The translations under genes were made by a program, and so were the position numbers. Under the pieces are notes generated by a model that was not told the DNA's origin, searched no databases, and saw only the letters and a list, made by a program, of their open reading frames with translations. From positions 3,422,375-3,486,374 of the forward strand of contig CAWJLW010000006.1 in assembly GCA_963843795.1 (NCBI GenBank): DNA of 64,000 nucleotides. Reading direction: 5' to 3'. This document shows, one piece after another, positions 11,347 through 21,773 of this stretch (within the stretch, counting starts at the first letter, position 1; every line of letters starts with the position of its first letter). The DNA comes from an uncultured bacterium (GTDB taxonomy: Bacteria > Armatimonadota > Abditibacteriia > Abditibacteriales > Abditibacteriaceae).

Positions 11347-11790
11347 TCACAACGGCGAAACTTCCACCAGTTCACCCACAACTAACGGATGCCGCGCTTG
11401 TTCGCCCGCGCTGCGGCGGTCGATGACGGCGACTTCGCGCACCGCGTGATTTTCGTCTTGCGCGCGGCGCAAAACGTAAGCGACCGAGCGCACACATTCC
11501 TGCAAAACCGTCGTGCCGCCGGTCAGGTTGATGATGTTGGTTTTCCCCGCCGTCAGCACCAGCTCGCGCGCCAGACAACGCGCTTCATCGAAGCCCGCCA
11601 TTGCATCGTCTAAAACGTGCGTTTCGTGGCTGAAGCGCGAATGATAAAAACGCGCCGCATCCAAAGCCGCGTGCAAGTTTTTTACGGCTTCGGGCGAAGT
11701 AATCACGACCACACGCTGCGGGCGCGTCAGTAAAATTGCCGAATATAAAGTGCCGTAGGCCAAACCCAGCGGCGAATAAAGAACCGTCAT
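11347..11790 (-). CDS. Stand-alone CARF-like (Rossmann fold) domain protein
   Basis: 147 aa. N-terminal strand VLYSPLG, VVVITS strand and IINLTGGTT motif resembling the CARF h-h-(D/N)-h-T-G-G motif; no effector domain. Confidence 0.6.
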   Translation of the reverse strand: MTVLYSPLGLAYGTLYSAILLTRPQRVVVITSPEAVKNLHAALDAARFYHSRFSHETHVLDDAMAGFDEARCLARELVLTAGKTNIINLTGGTTVLQECVRSVAYVLRRAQDENHAVREVAVIDRRSAGEQARHPLVVGELVEVSPL

Positions 11791-11871
11791 TGAAAACCAA
11801 ACTTAAAATAATCTGCCAGAACATTGTGACATATCGCTACAAAGAGCTGTGGGGTAAAACGTGACGCGGCC

Positions 11872-11900
11872 TTGACAAGCGCGCGCCCATTCATTACATT
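11872..11900 (+). promoter_or_regulatory. Sigma70-type promoter upstream of rtcB
   Basis: TTGACA-N17-TACATT. Confidence 0.65.
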
Positions 11901-11977
11901 GCTTTTGCCGCGCGCAAAAAATAACAGTGATTATTTACGGCGCGCACCAATCAAAATTTTTCGTAAGGAGAACGCCA

Positions 11978-12091
11978 ATGCGCAAAACCATTTCATCAAT
12001 TTCACCCAGATTAACGCCGCTGACTTTGGCGTTCTCGAAACGTTTTCTCCACAGATTTTCGTCCGCAGCTTCAACGTGTTTTCGGCATTGA
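11978..12091 (+). CDS. Putative 37-aa small protein or leader peptide
   Basis: TAAGGAG SD 7 nt before ATG; MRKTISSISPRLTPLTLAFSKRFLHRFSSAASTCFRH. Below the ORF-track cutoff. Confidence 0.35.
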   Translation: MRKTISSISPRLTPLTLAFSKRFLHRFSSAASTCFRH

Positions 12092-12248
12092 AGTTCATGC
12101 GGCACGAGGCCGCATTCTTTTAGAATTTGGCCCTTTTGCGGCGCGATTGCTTTCGAGCAGTCGCGCTTTTTGCGTTTTTGCGCCTGCGAGTACTTGCAGG
12201 ATGCAACGTCGCCTTTTGCGGCACAAGCACACAAGGACACACCCATTT

Positions 12249-13685
12249 ATGAACGAACAACTTTTGACCGGCAAGCTGCTCAAAGCGCGCGGCTGGCCCG
12301 AAGGAAAAGTCATCGGACTGGCCAAAGCCGCCGGTGAAAAATTACAACGCACAGGACTTTCGCGCGACGAAGTTTTGCTTCGTCTGGATGCCGTGCGCGA
12401 AAACCCGCGTGACTGGCTCGAAGACGTAACTTTCGGTGCCGTCGCGCTGGAAACGTTGCGCCGCGAAGTCGTGGAGCAGGCGCGTTACGACGACAAATTG
12501 CGCGACACACCGTTGGAATTTCCAATCTGGGGACGCGACGGCATTGATGTCGGCGCCATCGCACAAATGGAAACTTCGATGGCGCTGCCCATCACCGCTG
12601 CGGGCGCACTGATGCCGGACGCGCACATCGGCTACGGCTTGCCCATCGGCGGCGTGCTGGCGACAACCGATGCGGTGATTCCGTATGCGGTCGGCGTAGA
12701 CATCGCCTGTCGCATGAAAATTTCGATTTACGAAACCTCGCCACACGTCATCGGACAACACCAGTCGAAATTGCAGCGCGCCTTGCGCGACAATACCGGT
12801 TTCGGCATGGCGGTGAAATGGACGGGCGAAGAAAAACGTCAGCACGATGTTTTGGACGATCCCGCGTGGCAGGAATTGCCGATTCTCAAAGGCTTGCATC
12901 GTAAAGCCGTTGAGCAATTGGGCACGTCGGGCAGCGGCAATCATTTCGTCGAATGGGGCGAATTTGAATTGACGGAAGATTCCGCCGATTTGAATCTTCC
13001 CAAAGGCAAATATCTGGCGTTGTTGTCGCATTCGGGTTCGCGTGGTATCGGCCACAAAATCGCCACCTATTACTCGAAATTGGCAACGCAGATGCACCCG
13101 ATGTTGCCGCCGAGTGCCAAGAATTTGGCGTGGCTGCCGTTGGAAAGTGCGGAAGGTCAGGAGTATTGGCTGGCGATGGAGTTGGCGGGACGTTTTGCCA
13201 GCGCGTGCCATAGCGAAATTCATCGCACCGTCGCGCGAGCGGCGGGTTTCAAGCCCATCGCGAGCGTGGAAAATCACCACAACTTTGCGTGGCGCGAAAC
13301 GCTGGAAGATGGCACGCCGGTGATTGTGCATCGCAAGGGCGCGACTCCGGCGGGCGAAGGTGTTTTGGGAATTATTCCGGGTTCGATGGCCGATCCGGGT
13401 TATGTGGTGCGTGGGCGCGGTTTGCAAAGTTCGCTCAATTCGGCCAGTCATGGCGCGGGGCGTGCGATGGGCCGACGTCAGGCGATTAATTCGCTGACTC
13501 ATTTGCAGCGCGACCGCTATTTGCAAGAGCGCGGCGTGACGCTGTTGGGCGGCGGTTTGGACGAAGCGCCGCAAGCGTATAAAAATATCGACGAAGTGTT
13601 GGCGGCGCAGACCGATTTGGTCGATGTGATCGGCAAATTCTCGCCGCGCATCGTGCGCATGGCGGATGAGCCGGGCGATATTTAA
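12249..13685 (+). CDS. rtcB: RNA ligase RtcB family
   Basis: MPDAHIGYGLPIGG, VGVDIACRM, GSGNHFVE, HSGSRG, NHHN, HRKGAT, HGAGR, DEAPQAYK. Start trimmed to ATG 12249. Confidence 0.95.
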   Translation: MNEQLLTGKLLKARGWPEGKVIGLAKAAGEKLQRTGLSRDEVLLRLDAVRENPRDWLEDVTFGAVALETLRREVVEQARYDDKLRDTPLEFPIWGRDGIDVGAIAQMETSMALPITAAGALMPDAHIGYGLPIGGVLATTDAVIPYAVGVDIACRMKISIYETSPHVIGQHQSKLQRALRDNTGFGMAVKWTGEEKRQHDVLDDPAWQELPILKGLHRKAVEQLGTSGSGNHFVEWGEFELTEDSADLNLPKGKYLALLSHSGSRGIGHKIATYYSKLATQMHPMLPPSAKNLAWLPLESAEGQEYWLAMELAGRFASACHSEIHRTVARAAGFKPIASVENHHNFAWRETLEDGTPVIVHRKGATPAGEGVLGIIPGSMADPGYVVRGRGLQSSLNSASHGAGRAMGRRQAINSLTHLQRDRYLQERGVTLLGGGLDEAPQAYKNIDEVLAAQTDLVDVIGKFSPRIVRMADEPGDI

Positions 13686-13815
13686 ACGGAGAGGAAAGAG
13701 AAAAGAAAACCACGCTGCAAGTACTTGCCACACGAATGCAGCAATGTAGCGCAACCTTTTCTCTTTCTTCTTTTCTCTTTCTTCTTGATTGCTGCAGGTA
13801 CTTGCAAAGGAAATT

Positions 13816-14814
13816 ATGCGGGAAATTTATGGTTCATGGGCGTTGAAAGAAGCGATGGCCGAAGAAATGCGGCGCGATGAAAACGTCTTTATTCTGGGCG
13901 AAGATATCGCCGAATATGGTGGTGCTTTTAAAGTAACACAAGGTTTATTGGAAGAGTTCGGCGCCAGTCGCATTCGCAACACGCCGATTAGCGAAAATTC
14001 TATTGTCGGCGTTGGTGTCGGCGCGGCGATTACCGGTTTGCGCCCGATTGTCGATATTATGTTTCAAGATTTCATCGCGCTGGCGATGGATCAACTGGTC
14101 AATCACGCCGCCAAATTTCATTATATGTACGGCGGCCAATGCCGCGTGCCGTTAGTTGTCCGCACACCTGCGGGCGGCGGTCGCTGTTACGGCCCGACGC
14201 ATTCGCAGAGTTTGGAAGCGTGGCTGATGCACGCGCCCGGCATCAAAGTCGTCGCGCCTGCCACGCCATACGACGCCAAAGGCTTATTGAAAAGCGCCAT
14301 TCGGGATGATAATCCGGTTTTATTCGTCGAAAGCAAATTGTTGTACGGCATCAAAGGCCATGTGCCGGAATTCGACGAAGAAGGCGGCGATTACACGGTG
14401 CCAATTGGCGAAGCGCGCGTCGCCCGCGAAGGTTCAGATTTGACCTTGATTTCTTACAGTCGAATGGTCGGCGAATGCGAGCGCGCGGCCGAAGTTCTGG
14501 ACGAAAACGGCATCAGTTGCGAAGTGATCGATTTGCGTTCTCTGGTGCCACTCGATATGGATACGGTCGCAGCGAGCGTCGAGAAAACCGGTCGCGCGGT
14601 TGTAGTTTGCGAAGATTGTTCTACGGCGGGCGTGAGCGCGGAACTAATGGCGCGCGTGATGGAAGAATGCTTCGATTTTCTGCACGCACCAGTGCGCCGC
14701 GTAGCGGGTGCGGATACGCCGATTCCATGCGCCGATAATCTGGAACAGGCGGCGCTGCCGGATGCGCAGAAAATCATTGATTGCGTGGCGCAACTCATGA
14801 GCGATTACGCTTGA
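13816..14814 (+). CDS. 2-oxoacid (pyruvate/acetoin) dehydrogenase E1 beta subunit
   Basis: GEDIAEYGGAFKVT, NTPISE, GPTHSQ, DAKGLLKSAIRDDNPV, EVIDLRSL. Confidence 0.92.
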   Translation: MREIYGSWALKEAMAEEMRRDENVFILGEDIAEYGGAFKVTQGLLEEFGASRIRNTPISENSIVGVGVGAAITGLRPIVDIMFQDFIALAMDQLVNHAAKFHYMYGGQCRVPLVVRTPAGGGRCYGPTHSQSLEAWLMHAPGIKVVAPATPYDAKGLLKSAIRDDNPVLFVESKLLYGIKGHVPEFDEEGGDYTVPIGEARVAREGSDLTLISYSRMVGECERAAEVLDENGISCEVIDLRSLVPLDMDTVAASVEKTGRAVVVCEDCSTAGVSAELMARVMEECFDFLHAPVRRVAGADTPIPCADNLEQAALPDAQKIIDCVAQLMSDYA

Positions 14815-14849
14815 TTGGGCGCTGCAAGTACTTGCAGCTGTGATTTGAT

Positions 14850-16457
14850 ATGAAAGTTTTCACACCCGAACAAATGCGCGCTTTCGACAAAAGCGCCAGC
14901 GAGAAATATCAGATTCCGTCGATTGTTTTGATGGAAAACGCAGCTTTGCGCGTCGTGGAATGGCTGGAAGCCAAATGTGCACCGTTGAGCGAAAAGCGCA
15001 TCACGATTTTGTGTGGCAAGGGCAACAACGGTGGTGATGGTTTCGCCATCGCGCGCCAGCTTTTAAATTGCGGCGCGCGCGTGCAAGTACTTGCAGAAGA
15101 GATTAAGCGCGGCGGCGACGCGAAAATCAACGCGCAAATCTGGCAAAACTGCGGCGAAACCGTTTCCGACCCAGCGCAGTTGAAATTGGATTTTCGACGC
15201 GGAGATATTGTCATTGATGCGCTTTTGGGCACTGGTTTTCACGGCGAAGTGCGCGGTGATTGGCTGGAACGCGCTTTCGATGTGTTGCTTTCAGCACGTT
15301 CGCAGGATGCAAAAATCATCGCGATTGATGTGCCTTCGGGCTTGAACGCTGCGACCGGCGAGGCAGCGGGAATGTGCGTTGATGCAGATGTGACGATTTC
15401 GTTCGCCGCGCCCAAACGCGGCTTTTTCGTGCGTGATGGTTTGGCCAAATGCGGTGAAATCTGGATCGGTGACATCGGCAGCGCGCCTGCGCAGATGCAA
15501 GAAAGCAACACTAATTGTGCCTTGATTACGCGCGACTGGGCGCGCGCGCATCGCCCGCAGCGTTCGGAAGATGCACACAAAGGCGATGCCGGGCGCGCGT
15601 TGATTATCGGCGGCAGTCGCGGCATGAGCGGCGCGGTCGCATTGGCCTCGCGCGCGGCTTTGCACAGCGGCGTTGGATTATGTCTGGCGGCGGTTCCCGA
15701 TGCAATTTTAGATACGTTCGCGGCTTCAATTTTAGAAGCGACTTCGACACCATTGCCGTGCGACCGAGACGGCGCATTGCTGCCGGAAGCCTTGGCCACT
15801 TTGCGCGACAAATGGGAACCAATGCAAGTCGTCGCGCTTGGCCCCGGCGTTGGCCGCAGCGATAAGACGCAAGAACTCATTCACCAAATCGTACGCGAAT
15901 GCCCGCAGCCGTTGATAATTGACGCCGATGCACTACACGCTTTGCCCAAGATTGCCACCGAAGTGAAAGCGCGAAAAGCACCGACGATTCTTACACCGCA
16001 TCCGGGCGAAATGGGCACGTTGATGAATATTTCGGCGCACGAAGTGAACGAAAAGCGTTATGAAATCGCCGCGCAGTGTGCCGAGAAATATGGCGCGATT
16101 GTGGTATTGAAAGGCGCGCGTTCGATAGTCGCACTTCCCAAAATCGCACTTTCCGAATGCGAAAATAAAAGTTCGCTGTGGGTAAATCTCACTGGTAACG
16201 CGGGAATGGCGACTGGTGGCAGCGGCGATGCGCTAACCGGAACCATTGCGGGCATTTTAGCGCAATTGAAAGACGCTGAAACTGCGACAATTTTCAGCGT
16301 TTATCTGCATGGTTTGGCGGGCGACATCGCAGCGCACACGCGCGGCAATGGTTTGACAGCGGGCAATATTGTCGATTCTTTGCCCCCCGCGCTGTTGGAA
16401 TTGGAACGCGAATCTAGCCCGACGATGATTAATTATCGCTTGCATCTATTGGCCTGA
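14850..16457 (+). CDS. nnr: Bifunctional NAD(P)H-hydrate epimerase/dehydratase (YjeF/Nnr)
   Basis: LMENAA, CGKGNNGGDG, IDVPSG, HKGDAG, LTPHPGEM, MATGGSGD. Confidence 0.93.
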   Translation: MKVFTPEQMRAFDKSASEKYQIPSIVLMENAALRVVEWLEAKCAPLSEKRITILCGKGNNGGDGFAIARQLLNCGARVQVLAEEIKRGGDAKINAQIWQNCGETVSDPAQLKLDFRRGDIVIDALLGTGFHGEVRGDWLERAFDVLLSARSQDAKIIAIDVPSGLNAATGEAAGMCVDADVTISFAAPKRGFFVRDGLAKCGEIWIGDIGSAPAQMQESNTNCALITRDWARAHRPQRSEDAHKGDAGRALIIGGSRGMSGAVALASRAALHSGVGLCLAAVPDAILDTFAASILEATSTPLPCDRDGALLPEALATLRDKWEPMQVVALGPGVGRSDKTQELIHQIVRECPQPLIIDADALHALPKIATEVKARKAPTILTPHPGEMGTLMNISAHEVNEKRYEIAAQCAEKYGAIVVLKGARSIVALPKIALSECENKSSLWVNLTGNAGMATGGSGDALTGTIAGILAQLKDAETATIFSVYLHGLAGDIAAHTRGNGLTAGNIVDSLPPALLELERESSPTMINYRLHLLA

Positions 16458-16629
16458 AAGTCTGAGTTGCAAAGCTTGATCCTGTGATTTAATTTTGGGT
16501 ATCAATTTCTTGTTGAGGCATTTATTCGTTTATAAACGCGCCAGCAAGTACTTGCTGGGTTGCTTGGACAAATAATTGGGTTTATTCGCGCCACAAAACG
16601 GGTAATCTGTCATCAAACTTAATTCGCCC

Positions 16630-19318
16630 ATGAAACTTAAATCGCCCATAAAACCCGACTTCCTTTTCGTCACATTTGGCCTTGGCGCATTGACATTTAC
16701 CGGCATCGCTCTGGTGCGCGCCGCGCCGCCGCGCAAGCCGTACGTTCCTCTCAAGCCCGCGCATCCCAACGCCAAACCGGCGTCGAAAACACCGCCACTC
16801 TCTGCGGCGCAGAAAAATGCGATAGTGCCGGTGCGCGATTTTATCAACCAGCGTTGTCTGGATTGTCATAGTACAGAAGTTCAAAAGGGCGACTTAAATC
16901 TGGAAGCCTTGAAGTTCGATTTCGCTGATCCGCGCGAATTTGCGATTTTGAGCAAAGTCCACGACCGCGTGCGCGATGGAGAAATGCCACCGCCCAAAGC
17001 CGAACAGCCCACGGTCAGCGAACGTATGGCTTTCAAAAATGCTCTCGCTCAGCAACTCATTAGTGCTGAAAATGCGCAACTGGCACCGACGGGACGCACG
17101 GTTTTGCGTCGTTTGAATCGGTATCAGTATGAAAACACGGTGCGCGATTTGTTGAGCGCGCCATGGTTGCAGTTGAAAGAAATGTTGCCCGAAGATGGGC
17201 AAATGTCACGTTTCAATACGGTCGGCGAAGCGCTAGATGTTTCGCACGTTCAAATGTCGCGCTATCTGCAAGCCGCCGATTACGCCCTCAATCAGGCCAT
17301 GGTGCCCGCCGTGGAACGTCCGGCAACCACAATCAAACGTTATTACACGCGTGACGAGGGCAGTTTTTCCGGCGCCTACGATGTCGGGCCGGATGTGCGC
17401 AGCACTTTTCCCGTGCTGGGTTCGGGACCCGATCAAGAACACCGCCGCCCGCCCTTGACCGTTGGCGATAGCAATCCCAAGCAGCGCGACGAAGAAGGTG
17501 TCGGCGTAGTTCTCAGCACTTACGAACCAACCGAAATTCGTTGGAGCCACTTCAAGGCGCCGGTCGCGGGCCGTTACCAATTGCGCTTCATGACCAATAC
17601 GATTTGGGTCGGGGCCAAGAAAGCCAAAGATTGGTGGAATCAGGATTACACCAACATCACCAAGGGCCGCCGCAGCGAGCCGATCACGATTTATTCGGAT
17701 AGAGAACCGCGTTTGTTGCGCCGTCTGGGAAGTTTCGACGCCACTCCCGAGGCTGTGCCGCACTCAATGGACGTCTGGCTTTTGAAGGGCGAAACGATTC
17801 GGCCCGATGCGGCGCGGTTTCTGCGTCCGCGTCCGGGCGCGATGCGCAATCCGTGGGCGACGCCCGAAGGCCAACCCGCAGTTTCGTTTCGTTGGATGGA
17901 AGTTGTCGGGCCGATTTACGATGAGTATCCGACAGCGGGACACAACTTGATGTTCGGTGCGATTGCCGTTGAAAGCGGTTGATAAAACGATTCAAGTCGT
18001 GCCGACTGATGCCGCCAAAGATGCGCCGCGTTTATTGCGCGCTTTTCTGACGCGCGCTTATCGCCGACCGGTCAGCGATAGCGATGTCGCGCGGTTTTTG
18101 CCGGTCGTACAAAACGCTTTGGGCGCGGGCTACAGTTTTTCGGATGCGATGATCGCCAGTTATTCCGCCGTGCTGTGCTCGCCGGGCTTTTTGTATTTCG
18201 ACGAAGCGCCTGGCCCGTTGAACGATTACGCTCTGGCCGCGCGCTTGTCGTATTTCCTGTGGAATTCGGCTCCCGATTCAACGTTGTTGGGCTTGGCCAA
18301 AAGCGGTCAATTGAAAAAACCCGACGTGTTGCGCGCGCAAACCAATCGTTTATTGAACGATTCACGTTCGCAGCGTTTTGTGGAAGCGTTTTTAGACTAC
18401 TGGCTCGATTTGCGAAAAATTAACAACAACGACGCCGACACGTTGTTATATCCCGACTACCAACTGGACGATTTGCTAGTCGAATCGAGCGTGCTGGAAA
18501 CACAAGATTTTTTCAGCGAACTGTTGAGGCAAAATCTGCCCGCAAAAAATATTGTAGCCTCGAATTTCGCGATGTTGAACGAGCGTCTGGCGAACTTGTA
18601 TGAAGTTAAAGACGACAAGGGCGGCGAAATTTCCGGTGTGAATTTGCGTCGCGTGAGTTTGCCGCCCGATTCGCCGCGCGGTGGTTTGATGACTCAGGCG
18701 AGCGTATTGAAAGTGACAGCGAACGGTACCACGACTTCGCCGGTTTTGCGCGGCGCGTGGATTATGGAGCGCATTTTGGGCGAACCTTCGCCACCGCCGC
18801 CGCCCGGCGTGCCCGCCGTCGAGCCGGATATTCGCGGCGCAGCGACGATTCGCCAACAATTGGAAAAACACCGTTCACAGTCGAGTTGCAACAGTTGCCA
18901 TCACAAAATTGATCCGGCGGGTTTCGCTCTAGAAAGCTTTGATGTGATGGGCGGCTGGCGCGATAAATATCGCGCTCTGGGTGATGGCGACGGTAAATTT
19001 CAAAAAGTCGCCGGTTTCGGGCATAACGGTGATACATTCACTTTCAGCACCGCGCTGCCAGTCGATTGTAGCGGGCAACTTCCCGACGGGCGCGCTTTCA
19101 AAGATGTGCGCGCATTGAAAGCTTTGCTGGTGCAGGACGACGCGAAATTGGCGCGAAATCTGGTGCGTCAATTGTTGATCTACGGAACAGGCGCGCCGCC
19201 GCGTTTCGCCGACCGGCCCAAAATCGAAGCGATTTTAAAGCGCACCAACGACCACGATTACGGAGTGCGCGATCTGGTGCAGGAAATTGTGCAAAGCGAA
19301 CTGTTTCGCAACAAGTAA
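16630..19318 (+). pseudogene. DUF1592/1588/1587/1595/1585 planctomycete-type cytochrome c protein, split by a +1 frameshift near 17960
   Basis: ORF 16630..17982 has CLDCH and LRRLNRYQY; ORF 17957..19318 has [19 protein letters not shown] and CNSCH. They overlap in the +1 frame. May be an assembly error rather than a true pseudogene. Confidence 0.75.
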
Positions 19319-19391
19319 AATAAAAGCGGGCTGCAAGTACTTGCAGCACATTTACAGAACACTTGCCGAAGAATTTGAACGAGAAAACATC

Positions 19392-20747
19392 ATGAAAAAA
19401 CCAAAGCTTTCGATGCCCAATGTTTCGACGGGACGCTGTCTTGACCGTCGCCAGTTTCTGCGTGGAATCGGTGTGATGTTGGCGCTGCCAGTTCTGGACG
19501 CCATGGTGCCCGCATTTTCGCAAGCCGCGCGCGCCGACGTCAGTAAAAAAGAAGCCATCGACGCGCTTGATGGCACGCCGCCGCGCCGCATTTTAGCGGT
19601 CTGCAACAACCTGGGTTTGCTGCCCGAAAACTTTTTTCCAACCACCGCCGGACGCGATTATCAATTGTCGCCCTACTTGGAACTCTTAAAAGATTTTCGC
19701 AACGAATTGACAGTTTTCAGCGGCGTTTCGCATCCCGATGTCGACGGCGGCCATCCCGCCGACAATTGTTTTCTCACCGCCGCCCCGCATCCGGGACGCG
19801 GCGGTTTTCGCAACAGCATTTCCATCGACCAATATGCTGCGGAACGTTTGGGTCATCTGACGCGCTTTCCGACTTTAACGCTGGGCGTGAACGTTTCGCA
19901 GGGACAGCGTAGCCTTTCATGGACGGGCGCGGGCGTGCTGATTCCATGCGAAGAAAAAGCGTCAGAGGTTTATAAACAATTGTTTTTGCAGGGCACGCCC
20001 GAAGAAGTTGCGGGACAGGTACGGCGCTTAAAAATGGGTCAAAGCATCATGGATTCGGTGGCCGGTCAAGCGCAGGAATTGGAGCGCAAAGTCGGTGTGC
20101 GCGACCGCGAGCGTTTGGATCAGTATTTCACCGGCGTCCGCGAATTGGAAAAGCGCATGACGATGGCGCAAGAATGGGAGCACAAGCCCAAACCCAAAGT
20201 CGATTTTCCGATGCCGGTCGATCCGGGCAGCCCGCGCGAATATATGGAAAAAGCGCGCTTGATGTACGACATGTCGCGTTTGGCTTTTGAAAACGATTCG
20301 TGCCGCTTTATCACGTTGCTGTTAGACAGCGTATCGTCGCCCGCCATCGAAATTGACGGCAAAAACGTTAGCGACAGTTATCACAACCTGTCTCATCACG
20401 GCAAATCGCCCGATAAACTCACCCAACTCAAAACCATCGACGAAGAACACATGAAACTTCTGGCCGATTTGTTCGGCAAACTGAAAAATGTGCGCGAAGG
20501 AAATGAAAACCTCCTCGACCGCAGCATGATTCTCTACGGCAGCAATTTGGGCAACGCCAACACCCACGTCACCACCAACTTGCCAACTCTAATCGCAGGC
20601 GGCGGTTTCCAACATGGCCAACATTTGATGTTCGACCGCGATCATAACTATCCGCTGCCGAATTTGTTCGTTTCAATGCTGCAACGTCTGGGCTTGGAAA
20701 CCGATAAATTCGCGAGTAGCACTGGCACCATGCGCGGCTTTGCATAA
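19392..20747 (+). CDS. DUF1552 family protein with Tat-like signal
   Basis: [45 protein letters not shown]; the usual partner of DUF1592 genes. Confidence 0.88.
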   Translation: MKKPKLSMPNVSTGRCLDRRQFLRGIGVMLALPVLDAMVPAFSQAARADVSKKEAIDALDGTPPRRILAVCNNLGLLPENFFPTTAGRDYQLSPYLELLKDFRNELTVFSGVSHPDVDGGHPADNCFLTAAPHPGRGGFRNSISIDQYAAERLGHLTRFPTLTLGVNVSQGQRSLSWTGAGVLIPCEEKASEVYKQLFLQGTPEEVAGQVRRLKMGQSIMDSVAGQAQELERKVGVRDRERLDQYFTGVRELEKRMTMAQEWEHKPKPKVDFPMPVDPGSPREYMEKARLMYDMSRLAFENDSCRFITLLLDSVSSPAIEIDGKNVSDSYHNLSHHGKSPDKLTQLKTIDEEHMKLLADLFGKLKNVREGNENLLDRSMILYGSNLGNANTHVTTNLPTLIAGGGFQHGQHLMFDRDHNYPLPNLFVSMLQRLGLETDKFASSTGTMRGFA

Positions 20748-20860
20748 AATGATTTTCCCCATCCTGCTTTCTCGTCCTTAAACGCCAAAAGCGAGCCGGC
20801 CAAGAGATCGTAAATGCATTTTAGTCCGCTGCACACACTTTGTCATTCTTATCTCGATCT

Positions 20861-21712
20861 ATGAAAAAACTGTTGTTTATCGCCGCTTTTGGCGGCACTC
20901 TTCTGGCTGGCTGCGGCGCGCCCGCAACTGAATCGACTACTGCCAGTGCGCCACCGCAAACCGCGACCAATAGCACGGTTTCAACCGATAAGAGCGCGCC
21001 GATGGATATAGCCGAACTACGCAAAACCAAAGCGTTCGTCCGCGGCGTTCACGTTGTGCCCGGCATCGGGCCGGTGAGCTTAAAGTTGGATGAAGTCAAG
21101 CTCGATCAGCCTTTTGATGTCGCTAGTGCCAGTTCGTTTGTCGCGGTCACACCGGAAAAGAATTTAAAAATCACTGCGATTGGAAGCGCGAATAATGTGG
21201 TAAGCGGGCCGATGCCGGTTGATTTGGAAGCGGGCGAAGATTTGACGGTTGTAGTAAATGGCGTGTCGGGCGATGTGGCACTGTTGCCGCTGAAAAGCGA
21301 TAGTGGCGGGCCGGATGCCGAGCAAGCCAAACTGTCGATTTTGCACGCGGCCAAAGGGTTGAACGCCTTGAAAATTGAAATTGATGGCAAACCATTTCGC
21401 GGCGACGTGGAGCACGGTGAAGACACCGATTACAAAACGCTCGCGCCCGGACAACACCAATTGAAAATTTCCTACTCACAGCAGGCTCAGGCCACACCAG
21501 TGCCAACGCCGACTCTGGTGCCAAACCAGATTTCGCCTCAACCCACGGCGTTTCAACCGCGCCAACAAATCACGCTCACGGCTCCGCTCGACGTGGCGGC
21601 AGGCAAAGTGTATTCGGCCATTGTTTATTACGATGTGCAAAAGTTGCCGCAATTGAAAGTGCTGGAAGATCGTTTCGCCGATACGTTGAAAATCGCGCCG
21701 ATTGTGAAATAG
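20861..21712 (+). CDS. DUF4397-like lipoprotein
   Basis: Lipobox LLAGC; two repeats VRGVHVVPG and LSILHAAKG; AGKVYSA. Confidence 0.7.
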   Translation: MKKLLFIAAFGGTLLAGCGAPATESTTASAPPQTATNSTVSTDKSAPMDIAELRKTKAFVRGVHVVPGIGPVSLKLDEVKLDQPFDVASASSFVAVTPEKNLKITAIGSANNVVSGPMPVDLEAGEDLTVVVNGVSGDVALLPLKSDSGGPDAEQAKLSILHAAKGLNALKIEIDGKPFRGDVEHGEDTDYKTLAPGQHQLKISYSQQAQATPVPTPTLVPNQISPQPTAFQPRQQITLTAPLDVAAGKVYSAIVYYDVQKLPQLKVLEDRFADTLKIAPIVK

Positions 21713-21726
21713 TCGCGACCGCACAA

Positions 21727-21760
21727 AAAAGCACGCTGCAAGTACTTGCAGCGTGCTTTT
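21727..21760. terminator. 34-bp perfect palindrome, bidirectional terminator-like, with GCAAGTACTTGC core
   Basis: AAAAGCACGCT-GCAAGTACTTGC-AGCGTGCTTTT between convergent genes. Confidence 0.8.
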
Positions 21761-21773
21761 GGCTCAAACTTTC

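Noticed and set aside
12125..12145. Sigma54 -24/-12 promoter for rtcB
   Set aside because: Only a bare GG-N10-GC with poor flanks; no enhancer-binding protein nearby, and a better sigma70 promoter exists.
640..13754. Long antisense ORFs (640..1362, 8644..9579, 12342..13754 and similar)
   Set aside because: They are shadows of well-supported genes on the opposite strand and have no recognisable motifs.
16615..16650. 18-bp tandem duplication across the DUF1592 start codon
   Set aside because: Two copies only; most simply a local slippage with no further evidence of function.
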